This document shows positions 25,455 through 34,182 of a stretch of DNA of 64,000 nucleotides, in pieces. The notes under the pieces are model-generated. The model had not been told where the DNA came from, ran no database searches, and saw nothing but the letters and a program-made list of their open reading frames with translations. The stretch lies in the IMG/VR virus record IMGVR_UViG_3300034420_000109, positions 1-64,000 of that record; one strand, given 5' to 3'. The first letter of the stretch is position 1. Each line of letters opens with the position of its first letter. The translations under genes and the position numbers were made by a program. This DNA is from a virus (Duplodnaviria; Caudoviricetes).

Positions 25455-27869
25455 ATGGATCCATTCAACCCCACACTCCGTGCTAATTTGACGACCGACT
25501 TAACCCCCAGTCAGGTGGATAAGAACTTCATTGATGCCGCTGAAGCAATCAACGCAAGTGCGCGCGCATGGGGATGGAGCCATGCCACCACCATCGGATT
25601 GGCGTTCGGCTACTACGGCGGCCCAGCGTTCAATGGCACCACATGGACTTCGATCGGCGATGGTGCAGTTACCCTGGTTCCTTCTCAGGCCAACTATATC
25701 GAGCGGAACGCTTCCGGAGTAGTAACCAGCAATGCCGTAGGTTGGACGGCAGGAAGCACCCCAATGGCGATGGTTGTCACGGGCACTTCATCCATCACCT
25801 CGGTTCAAGATTTCAGGTCCGGATTTGGGCCTGCCGACCTCGCCTCCACCGATACCGGCAAAGGCGCTGCGCTTATCGGGGCCAAGCCCGATCTGACCGG
25901 GGCGGTGGCCAGAACACAGGCGTCTAAGAACGCTGACTTTGTTAGCGTCAAGGACTTCGGGGCCGTTGGCGATGGGACCACTGACGATACAGCCGCGATC
26001 CAGGCGGCGGCTTCCGCCTGCGCCGTGGATAAGAAGGTGTTAGTTTTCCCTGGGACAGATGGCGGCTACAAAATCACAGATACGGTGACATTCCCGGTTG
26101 GCTGCGGGGTGGACATGGGATCAGCGTTCATCACCTACACAGGGCCTAAGGACCGCCCCGCCGTGATATTGGGGAGTTACAATACTCTCAATGTTCAGCC
26201 TGTATACCGGAACATTGATGTCCAGGCAACCTTGGCAGCGGATTCTTGGACGGACGCTAATTACGTCGGCGTGAGGGCCATCAATTTCTACCGCCCCGAG
26301 ATGGTCGGCATCAAGCGGGTGTCAGGCTTCTGCGCTGGATGGGAGTGCTACTCCGACACCTACGGCTACTCATATGCCAGTCACAGCATCGGTGAGTTGC
26401 TGAACAATAAATACTGCATGGTTTTGCGAACCGTAGGGCCTGAATTGGGCGGGAACTTCATCAACGAAAACAACTTCTTTGGCGGCAGATACGGGACCGA
26501 TACTTCTGCAAATGCGATGGGGGACGCTTATGGCGTTCTGATTACATGGGATAAAGTCGCCGCCGCTGCTGTCCCATCTGCGTCTGCTGGATCTTCCTAC
26601 CGCGCCCACAACTCCAACAAGTGGTGGGGTCCGTGCTTTGAACTGAACAACCCATCTACCTATGTCCGTGTCCCGTTTTACTTTGACGGTGCCGGTAAGC
26701 AGAACCAAGTCTTGGCGGCTCGGCATGAGACTGGGCGCGGCCCCTTCGCCATCATTGACGGTGGGACAGAGGTTTTGACCTTCGGTGGGACGGAAACATT
26801 TAAGCCTACGCAAAATAAGTTTGAGTGTCTTTGGGCTGGGTCTGGCTCTGGCGCTGAAATCCAAGGTATTGAGGAGTTGAACGCTGCTGCGAACAACTAT
26901 TATTCTTCATACACCACGACGCAGCGGTTCCCTATGGACTTCAACTCGGGGAACCTTGTTGATAAAGTGAAGGCTTACAACTCGACACTTGCATACGCTA
27001 CGGGGGATGTTTGCTTCTTCGGAGCTACCCTTGGATTACCGTCTAGGGTTCAGGCGCAAAGCACAGCCAAGACTCTGAAGAATGAACTTTACTTGGTGGC
27101 CGGGTGCGCCATTGGCTCCATCATCGACACTCGGTATGTAAAGAAGTGGTCGGCATTCGTTAACGCAAGAGCCGGTTTTGCAGGAAGAGTCTACATCAAA
27201 TGTTTTGACGCTGACGGGGCGGTTCTCAGTGGGACTACGCCCATGTATGTCCAGAACGGGGACACCTCGCTCATCACCTCCGCGAGCTACGCCAACTCCT
27301 ATGGAACCGGCTCGGACAATGTGGGTAACCCTATCAGCCTGACTTTCCATGAAAGCGTTAAATCGGCTCAGATCATGTTTACTGGAGGGACCAATCCGCT
27401 TTACATCAAGAGCTTCACGCTCAGGGCCTGGATCGAACCGCAGTTGGCTTACGGCTCTCCTGCTGTAGCCACGACCTCATGGTCTGCTCCGTCTGTATCG
27501 GGAGGGCCAGGTCTTTCGTCAGGGCCTATCGCACCGGCAATCCCATCAACAGCGGGGGTCCACGGGGTCTATTCCCGTGGGGAGGTCACATACCACGCTA
27601 CCGCCGCAGTTGCGTCTCCCATTGGCTGGCAGGTTACCTCTGTAACGCCCTCATTCCTTGGGGCTGCATGGGCAGCATCAACAGCCTATTCAATTGTTGG
27701 TGAGGTCGTGGTGAATGGTGTGAATGCCTACGCTCTCAAAACAGCGGGGACTTCGGCTGGTGCAACTGGCCCAACTACGACTACTGGCGCTGACGAGATC
27801 GATGGAACCTGCGTGTGGAATTATGTCGGCAAAAAGGCCGTGTTTGGGACTCTTCCGAATCTGGCCTAG
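25455..27869 (+). CDS. Tailspike/depolymerase (pectate-lyase-like beta-helix, C-terminal carbohydrate-binding-like module)
   Basis: LT...VDKNF anchor, VSVKDFGAVGDGTTDDTAAIQAA, C-terminal WAASTAY..GEVV..G..Y....AGTS...DGTCVWNYVG; lower GC. Confidence 0.85.
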   Translation: MDPFNPTLRANLTTDLTPSQVDKNFIDAAEAINASARAWGWSHATTIGLAFGYYGGPAFNGTTWTSIGDGAVTLVPSQANYIERNASGVVTSNAVGWTAGSTPMAMVVTGTSSITSVQDFRSGFGPADLASTDTGKGAALIGAKPDLTGAVARTQASKNADFVSVKDFGAVGDGTTDDTAAIQAAASACAVDKKVLVFPGTDGGYKITDTVTFPVGCGVDMGSAFITYTGPKDRPAVILGSYNTLNVQPVYRNIDVQATLAADSWTDANYVGVRAINFYRPEMVGIKRVSGFCAGWECYSDTYGYSYASHSIGELLNNKYCMVLRTVGPELGGNFINENNFFGGRYGTDTSANAMGDAYGVLITWDKVAAAAVPSASAGSSYRAHNSNKWWGPCFELNNPSTYVRVPFYFDGAGKQNQVLAARHETGRGPFAIIDGGTEVLTFGGTETFKPTQNKFECLWAGSGSGAEIQGIEELNAAANNYYSSYTTTQRFPMDFNSGNLVDKVKAYNSTLAYATGDVCFFGATLGLPSRVQAQSTAKTLKNELYLVAGCAIGSIIDTRYVKKWSAFVNARAGFAGRVYIKCFDADGAVLSGTTPMYVQNGDTSLITSASYANSYGTGSDNVGNPISLTFHESVKSAQIMFTGGTNPLYIKSFTLRAWIEPQLAYGSPAVATTSWSAPSVSGGPGLSSGPIAPAIPSTAGVHGVYSRGEVTYHATAAVASPIGWQVTSVTPSFLGAAWAASTAYSIVGEVVVNGVNAYALKTAGTSAGATGPTTTTGADEIDGTCVWNYVGKKAVFGTLPNLA

Positions 27870-28137
27870 CCCATCACCCCCAATGACCTGTTCAGCCTCG
27901 GATAGCTCGGGGCTGAACTTCCAAGGAGAAAGGTTATCAACCCCACTCCTCCCCCAGCAACGCCTCGCAAACCGCAACATTCGTGCGATGCGCCTCCGTG
28001 GAACAATCCGACCGATTTCCGGCCACTCCATAAAAACCGGGCGCAACGGTCAATACTTACGAGCAACGAAAAGCAATAGAATGCGGACCCGGATCAATCC
28101 AGACAGAACGAAGCCCCATGAAAGTAGGGGACTTGTT

Positions 28138-28187
28138 TGGTGGTCCCGGAGCGACTCGAACGCCCGACCCTAAGATTCGTAGTCTTT
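28138..28187 (-). pseudogene. 3' half of a tRNA-Arg(ACG) gene (att-like remnant)
   Basis: AAAGA-CTACGAA-TCTTA-GGGTC-GGGCG-TTCGAGT-CGCTC-CGGGACC-ACCA; no D-arm or matching 5' acceptor strand upstream. Confidence 0.75.
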
Positions 28188-28307
28188 CGTTCTCTGCCTC
28201 TGTGACCTTGGTGCTGGACAGACCTGTCATCCTCCAATGAGGACACCCCTGGGCGAACTGGTTCATTCAAACAAAGGGATGTGACAGCATAAACACGGAG
28301 ATCACCC

Positions 28308-30467
28308 ATGACCCAGATCCTCGCCCCGCTCTTTGGTGAATACAGCACCGACCAGGCCATCGCGCGCGGATCCGCACACCGCAGCGGCGTGATCGCCAAA
28401 CCCAGCCTGGTTTCCAGTAGCACCGGGAGCGGGGCGCTGAAGACGTGGACCCTGGCCCTGGGCGCCAATGCTGCGCTCGGGTTCTGGGCCTGGAAGACGC
28501 CGTGGTCGAAGACCACCGGGGCATCGGTGGTCATCGAGGACGCCGACGTGCCGGTCATCACGGCCCAGCTGGAGCCCGCCGCGGGACTTTCCAGACACAT
28601 CCTGGTCGTGGGCCGGTGGAAGTGGATCGCGGGGCCGGTAGGAGGAGACGGCCAGCCCCTGGGGACCCTCACCGACAACATGAAAGCGGCATACGAGATC
28701 ATCCACGGAGCCGACGCGGCAACGCCAGTGGACCCGTCGGTGCCAGCCCTCGATGCCGCCGGGCGGCCCCCCGTGGTGCTGGCCCGCATCGTGTTCCCCC
28801 AGGGCGGAACCCCCACCCTGGAGTTCCTGACGGACACGATGCTCGACCTCGTGGAGCTTGCGAACAAGCTGGATGGGATGCACCGCCGGACGGGGGATGA
28901 GATCCACACCGGGAAATTCAAAGTGACCGAGGCCCCGGTGGACGACCAGGACGTCGTGCGGAAGATGGACCAGATCGAGGGCAGCGTGAAGCCGTATGCC
29001 AGCGCCGTCTTCTTCGGGGTGATCGTCCCGGACGCATGGGGCACCCCGATTTCAACCCTCACCATCAACCCGGCGAACCGCTACATGGCGAGCGGGTCTG
29101 ACGTTTCCTACGAGACGGACAACCAACGGGTGAAGCTGAACACCGCCGGATACTACATGGTGACCGGCCAAACCTACAGCCAGCGGAACACCGATCAGCA
29201 CGACCTCTACATGGAGATCTGGCGCCGCCCCGCGGGCACCGCAGGGGCCAGCGACGTGAAGATCCACGACAGCGGGATGAGCAACAACAACGGGGGCATC
29301 GACAGCCCCTTGATCCAGATGGTGAGCGCGAACGCCGGGGACTGGATCTATTTCAAGGGGGTCGGGAAGCGCAGCTACTCGGCGGAGATCGTGGTGGCCT
29401 TCATGGGGATCCAGCAGGCCACCGCCCCCATGGCCGTCACCACCCAGGACTGGTCCGGGATGGAGGCCAACGGGCAGGTCTATCCCAAGATCGTCACCCT
29501 GCAGAACACCGCGCAGAACAACACGGGAGCGGTGGCCTGGAGCATCACCGGAGGCACGGCCGCGGGATTCACCACCATCAACGGCACCGGGCTCATGACG
29601 ATCAGCTTCCCCGCCGTGGGGACCTATACCCTCAGTGTTCACGCGGTGGACGCGCAGGGCGTCGTGGCCACCAAAACGGTGAACCTCACCCTCGCCGCCT
29701 ACGCCGTGATCCCCCTTGTTATCAACACCGGGAACCTCTCCTACGTCGCGGACTCATACCCCTACGGAGTGGACGCGATCCTATCCAGCACGGGCGGCCA
29801 GGCCCCGATCACCTTCAGCGTCGTCGCGGGAGCCTTCACCACCCTCCCAGACGCGGCCGTGGTCGGTGGACACCTGACGGGGCTCGGCGCCAACGGAACC
29901 TGGCTGGTGCGCCTGCAGGCCGTGGACAGCGCGGCGAGCCCGCAGACGGTGACCAAGGACATCACGGTCACCATCACCGACTACGTGGACCCGGGGCCCG
30001 GAGGAGGGTGCTTCGAGGAATCCGAGACCTTCGTCCTTATGGGCGACAGCACCGGCAAGCTGCTGCGAGACGTGATGCCCGCGGAGATCGTGAAGGCCAT
30101 CCGTCTCGAGGGGCACCATCGGGGCATGCGCCAGCTGCGGGACGCGGTGGTCACCGACAAGACCCGAGTCCAGGCCGGGCCCGATGACCCGAAGGCTGTG
30201 GTGGTGGAAGGGATCAAATGCACCCCCGGGCACCCGTGGGCGGTCCCCAGGGACTTCAAGCGGGCCGAGTTCCTGACCCCTGGCGTCCAGGTCATGAAGG
30301 CGGGGGACGACGGCAACGTGCAGGAACACGCGCTCGCCTCGGTGGTCACCGGGAAGAGGCCGGTCCAGGTCAAGGGGACCATCGGCACCGAGGCGGGAAC
30401 CTACCTTGTCGGGAAGACGGCGAACGGCCCGTGGTTCCTCGTTCACAACATCAAGATGCTCTATTAG
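28308..30467 (+). CDS. Tail fibre with C1q-like and Ig-like modules and a C-terminal Hint (intein-like) domain
   Basis: AP.DDQDVVRK knot; two Ig/He_PIG-like repeats; GGG-CF (Cys568), TPGHP, LVHN-IKMLY. Confidence 0.8.
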   Translation: MTQILAPLFGEYSTDQAIARGSAHRSGVIAKPSLVSSSTGSGALKTWTLALGANAALGFWAWKTPWSKTTGASVVIEDADVPVITAQLEPAAGLSRHILVVGRWKWIAGPVGGDGQPLGTLTDNMKAAYEIIHGADAATPVDPSVPALDAAGRPPVVLARIVFPQGGTPTLEFLTDTMLDLVELANKLDGMHRRTGDEIHTGKFKVTEAPVDDQDVVRKMDQIEGSVKPYASAVFFGVIVPDAWGTPISTLTINPANRYMASGSDVSYETDNQRVKLNTAGYYMVTGQTYSQRNTDQHDLYMEIWRRPAGTAGASDVKIHDSGMSNNNGGIDSPLIQMVSANAGDWIYFKGVGKRSYSAEIVVAFMGIQQATAPMAVTTQDWSGMEANGQVYPKIVTLQNTAQNNTGAVAWSITGGTAAGFTTINGTGLMTISFPAVGTYTLSVHAVDAQGVVATKTVNLTLAAYAVIPLVINTGNLSYVADSYPYGVDAILSSTGGQAPITFSVVAGAFTTLPDAAVVGGHLTGLGANGTWLVRLQAVDSAASPQTVTKDITVTITDYVDPGPGGGCFEESETFVLMGDSTGKLLRDVMPAEIVKAIRLEGHHRGMRQLRDAVVTDKTRVQAGPDDPKAVVVEGIKCTPGHPWAVPRDFKRAEFLTPGVQVMKAGDDGNVQEHALASVVTGKRPVQVKGTIGTEAGTYLVGKTANGPWFLVHNIKMLY

Positions 30468-31288
30468 CCTAGACCCGACAGCCGCATGAGGTCATCCAGA
30501 AGGGCGCTCGAAAGGGCGTCCTTCCCGTCTCGGTAGGCTTCCTCGGCCGCGGTCTTGGCCGGGAAGAGGCCGGGGCGCGCGGGGATGATCCAGCCGGAGG
30601 ACTTCTCGGACATCACCCGGAACGTGACATATGACGAGTGGCCCTTTTCTCCGAATTTATACATGCCTTCAAATCGGTTTTGTTCCTTATACGACAGGCC
30701 GAGGGATGAGAGGGCCTTTCCCGTCAGGCTGCCGCCCCAGTTATAGACGTTCCGCTGCACCTTGTGGCCGGTCCCGGAGACCTCCTCGCGGGTGCCGACG
30801 ATGGACGACCGCTTCAGCTTCTGGGCAGCGCGCCAGACGGTCTCGGGCATGGGGCGCATGCCGACCGAGTCCTGCTGGGTGCCGTGGCGGAAGGGGATGA
30901 TCAGGTAGAGGCTGCCGTCCTTCGCGCGCCGGGCCTTCGGGGCCGTGGGCAGGATCTTCTTCATGTCCCGCTCCTGGGTGCCCTTTTCGATGGCCTCGGC
31001 ATACTCGGCGTCGTTCTCGAGGCGGAAGTCGAGGTAGCCGGGCTCGGCCAGGGTGGCGCGGCGCGCCAGGTTCCCAGAAGGGCGCTGGACCGAGGCGCCG
31101 TTGGGGAGCGGGATCCCCTTCAGGTAGCCCTGGTAGAGCATGAGGGAGTGCTGGGCCACCACGGCCGCCGTTTCAGCGTAGGAGGTGAAGACGTCCATGT
31201 GCCCGGCGTGGATGATCGCCTGGAAGGCCTCGGTCCACTCGCCGAGCACGCTCCAGTTCACCTCGAGGCCATCACCAAGGCGGCCCAT
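30464..31288 (-). CDS. Neck/head-tail joining-type virion protein
   Basis: A.YAEAIEKGT...DMK...YLIIPFRHGT pattern of large myophage neck proteins. Confidence 0.6.
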   Translation of the reverse strand: MGRLGDGLEVNWSVLGEWTEAFQAIIHAGHMDVFTSYAETAAVVAQHSLMLYQGYLKGIPLPNGASVQRPSGNLARRATLAEPGYLDFRLENDAEYAEAIEKGTQERDMKKILPTAPKARRAKDGSLYLIIPFRHGTQQDSVGMRPMPETVWRAAQKLKRSSIVGTREEVSGTGHKVQRNVYNWGGSLTGKALSSLGLSYKEQNRFEGMYKFGEKGHSSYVTFRVMSEKSSGWIIPARPGLFPAKTAAEEAYRDGKDALSSALLDDLMRLSGLG

Positions 31289-32007
31289 CACGCACCCTGG
31301 GGGCCCTTGAGGGTCGCGGGGGACAGGCAGGAATCAGCCACGGGGTCCGAGGGCAGCCCGACCGGCGCCCCGGTGGTTCCACCGCCGCCGGTTACGCCGG
31401 AATGGGTGTGGGTCTTCGCCCAAGTCACGAAGGACGCGACGAAATCGAAGAGGCCCTCCATGGAGAACCGCTTCGTCCCGTCCTGGATGGTGAGCGAGGC
31501 GAAGCCGTGGAGCACCCCGTTTCCATCCGCGTCCACCTTCACCTCGGCCCCGGAGGGGTGGGAGATGGTGAGGACGGGGACCACTCCATCACGGGCCGGA
31601 GGCTGGGAGGTCGCCTGCAGGGCCGGGAGGGCATCGCCATCGCGCGAGACGGTGAACCGGAGCCCGGAGGGGTGGGAGAGTTCCGTGTCGCCGTTCTCGC
31701 GCACCTGCAGGACCACGCCGGACTGGTGTTTCCAGAAGGCGAGCCCAGGGGTGGGGTCGGCCTGGTTTTTGTCGAGGAAGGGGAGGGAACCGAGCCACAC
31801 CAGGTAGCCGCCCTCGAGTTCCCCTACGACCCCAAGCTCGTCCACCTCGGGGAGCCAGGATGCAGCCCCGCCCGTCGAGGACATGCGAGGGGTCAGGACG
31901 CGCGCGAAGTCATACTGGGCGAACCCCGAGGGGGCAAGATCCTTGAATCGGACACGCACCCCGGGAACAGCAGGCATGACCTCGGTGACCACGGCGGCGT
32001 AGATCAT
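31288..32007 (-). CDS. Baseplate central spike (P2 gpV-like)
   Basis: OB-fold V.VRF...ARVL....W LPEV.E.G.V...G...WLGS; C-terminal HTHSGV metal-binding tip. Confidence 0.85.
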   Translation of the reverse strand: MIYAAVVTEVMPAVPGVRVRFKDLAPSGFAQYDFARVLTPRMSSTGGAASWLPEVDELGVVGELEGGYLVWLGSLPFLDKNQADPTPGLAFWKHQSGVVLQVRENGDTELSHPSGLRFTVSRDGDALPALQATSQPPARDGVVPVLTISHPSGAEVKVDADGNGVLHGFASLTIQDGTKRFSMEGLFDFVASFVTWAKTHTHSGVTGGGGTTGAPVGLPSDPVADSCLSPATLKGPQGA

Positions 32008-34175
32008 CCCAGATACCCCCACATGGCCTGCCCCTTCTTGATTCCGTCCGGGCTCCAGTATCTCGCATAGTCAGGGAAGGCTTCACCGGCCGCGGGCCAC
32101 TGCCACCCCAGCGAGGCGCCAAGGGTGCGCGCCGGGCCAGCGCCGAAGCGGTAGGCGCGCGCGACCCAGGAGTAGTAGGACTGGCCGTTCGAAGGGAACC
32201 CGCCGGGCATGTCTTCGATAAGCGCCTGGCACCGCTTCAGGAACGCGGCCGTGGCGTGGATGTTCTTCACCACATCGGCGCGATCCGCCAGGGTGAAGGG
32301 CGATCCGTCGGGGTTGGTGTAGCCGATGGAGACCAGGTCGGCGTGGGCCACGGAGGTGATCTGGCCCATGCCCTTCTTCGTGGCCACCGCGACCTCGGCC
32401 GGGGTGTTCCCCCAGAATCGACCAAAGCCGGTCTCGTTCTGGAGAATGTGGGCAACGAACCAGGGCGGGACGCTCTGCCGCGCCGCCGCGGCCTTGATGG
32501 CGTAGTAGACCTTTGAGTCCAAGGCCTGTGGGACGGCGGCGGCGACCGCGGGGGGCTTGTAGACCCCATCCACCGCAGGCATAGGGCCAGGCTCGGCGAC
32601 ACCCTTCCCGGCGTATCGCTTGAGGGTCAGGTCGGGCAGCAGCGCGCGCACCGCATCGGGATAACCGGCCGCGTCCGTCCCGCGGAGAGAGCGGACCACT
32701 GTCGCCCCCATGGACATCGAGATCCCGTCCCCGGCAGCGCGCAGGGTGAAGTCGGTGGACACCACGTAGCCGGTGACGATGGAGGCCGAGTCGGACCCAA
32801 GGGAGTGGTCCTCGAGAACCTCGCCAGGACGGACGGGCAGGAAGGGGGCATCGAGGGAGCGGCTCCGCAGCAGGGACAGGGGGGCCTCCTGGCCAGCGAA
32901 GTGCAACAGGTGGTCCTTGGCGAACCCGAGGTAGTCCTGGATGGGGGCCCCGGGTGCGATGGGGGCCAGCTTGGAGACCACCGCCGTCGAGGAGTAGCCG
33001 TAGCGGTTGATAAGTTCATTCGAGGAGGCCCAACCCCAGAACAGCTTGGAGAAGAAAGCCTCCTTCGAGTGGTCGCCGAGCCCCAGGCCCGCCCAGTGGA
33101 ATGCATTGGGGTGGCTCTCGCCAGAGAGAACGTCGTCCACACCCATGACATTCGAGAGATGGGTGCCGCCAACCTTCACCACCCGCAGGGCCTTCCAGTA
33201 GGTGTCCCACTTCGGATCCACCCCGGGGAAGGGGCGCGGCCGGTGGACCAGGGCCGGACGCAGCGGGCCGGGCTTTCCGCCAGTGGACGATTCCTCGGTC
33301 ACCTGCTCCCGGTAGCCGATGAAAAACTCATGCAGCACGGGCTCCGAGACGGCCTGGGCCACCTGCCAGAACGAGGCGCCGGACTGCCCCTGGATGAGAT
33401 TCCACGGAAGGGGATAGGCCACGTCGGGCCAGGACGACCACTCGCTGCCCTCGGGGAAGGAGATGTAGTCCAGCACCGAGAGGCCTTCATCGTGGGCCGT
33501 GTCGCCTACCTTCAGGCCCATGGCCGACCGGATGGCGGACTCGATGAACGCCCGGATGATCAATTCCGGGGCCTTGGCGCTCTCCCCGATGGCTTCCATG
33601 AGGGTCTTCCCCTCGGCGCCCTGCAGAATGTCCGAGGCGGGGTGAATGAACCCCTGCCAGTTGAAGACCGCGCCCCCCAGGATGGCCTCGACCCCCGAGG
33701 ACGACAGCTGAAGTTCTGCAGACCACCCTGAGCCAGCGCGCCTGGATCCGCGCACCGAACGCACCACACCGTCGAAGAGGAGCCAGTCGGGATAGCCCGC
33801 CACCGTGACGGAGAGGCGCAGCCGGTCCATGGGGCGAACGAGGGGGGCGAGGTAGCACACGAGGCCCGTGAGGGGGAAGCGGGTGGTGCAGGTCTGGCCC
33901 TGCAGCGAGTCGGAGGCCTGCGCGGAGATGAGAGAAGCGGCGCCCTCAAGCACCTGTCGTTTGCCGTCCACGATGCGCGTGAGGGTCGCGGAACTGGACT
34001 CACCGGGGGCGAGAGCCAGCCCAGCCGAGTAGCGATACCAGCGGTCCTTATCCAGCGCCGAACCCGGGACGATGGAGGCCGAGAGTTCGACCTTGATGAA
34101 AGGGCGCAGCACGGAAACAGCGGCCGAGACTTCGGCTGCCTCGCGCGCGAACTGGGGATCAACCCCGAGGGTCAT
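32004..34175 (-). CDS. Baseplate hub with C-terminal lytic transglycosylase (SLT) domain
   Basis: Hub-like N-terminal region; C-terminal AAARQSVP...HILQNETGF, GMGQI, NIHATAAFL, AYRFGAG. Confidence 0.8.
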   Translation of the reverse strand: MTLGVDPQFAREAAEVSAAVSVLRPFIKVELSASIVPGSALDKDRWYRYSAGLALAPGESSSATLTRIVDGKRQVLEGAASLISAQASDSLQGQTCTTRFPLTGLVCYLAPLVRPMDRLRLSVTVAGYPDWLLFDGVVRSVRGSRRAGSGWSAELQLSSSGVEAILGGAVFNWQGFIHPASDILQGAEGKTLMEAIGESAKAPELIIRAFIESAIRSAMGLKVGDTAHDEGLSVLDYISFPEGSEWSSWPDVAYPLPWNLIQGQSGASFWQVAQAVSEPVLHEFFIGYREQVTEESSTGGKPGPLRPALVHRPRPFPGVDPKWDTYWKALRVVKVGGTHLSNVMGVDDVLSGESHPNAFHWAGLGLGDHSKEAFFSKLFWGWASSNELINRYGYSSTAVVSKLAPIAPGAPIQDYLGFAKDHLLHFAGQEAPLSLLRSRSLDAPFLPVRPGEVLEDHSLGSDSASIVTGYVVSTDFTLRAAGDGISMSMGATVVRSLRGTDAAGYPDAVRALLPDLTLKRYAGKGVAEPGPMPAVDGVYKPPAVAAAVPQALDSKVYYAIKAAAARQSVPPWFVAHILQNETGFGRFWGNTPAEVAVATKKGMGQITSVAHADLVSIGYTNPDGSPFTLADRADVVKNIHATAAFLKRCQALIEDMPGGFPSNGQSYYSWVARAYRFGAGPARTLGASLGWQWPAAGEAFPDYARYWSPDGIKKGQAMWGYLG

Positions 34176-34182
34176 GGGGGAG

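Noticed and set aside
27690-28173. Integrase remnant or real ORFs next to the tRNA fragment (27690..28046, 27724..28173)
   Set aside because: No tyrosine- or serine-recombinase motifs are visible, and the ORFs overlap the tailspike end.
28138-28210. Complete functional tRNA-Arg
   Set aside because: Only about 20 nt lie between a partial GGTCAC match and the anticodon stem, no D-arm forms, and acceptor pairing is broken.
30009-30467. Hint domain as a true splicing intein
   Set aside because: The residue after His-Asn is Ile, the C-extein is only 5 aa, and there is no endonuclease insert; treated as a cleavage-type domain.
24620-30467. Invertase-controlled tail-fibre switching or a diversity-generating retroelement
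   Set aside because: No terminal inverted repeats, invertase, reverse transcriptase or TR/VR repeat pair were seen.
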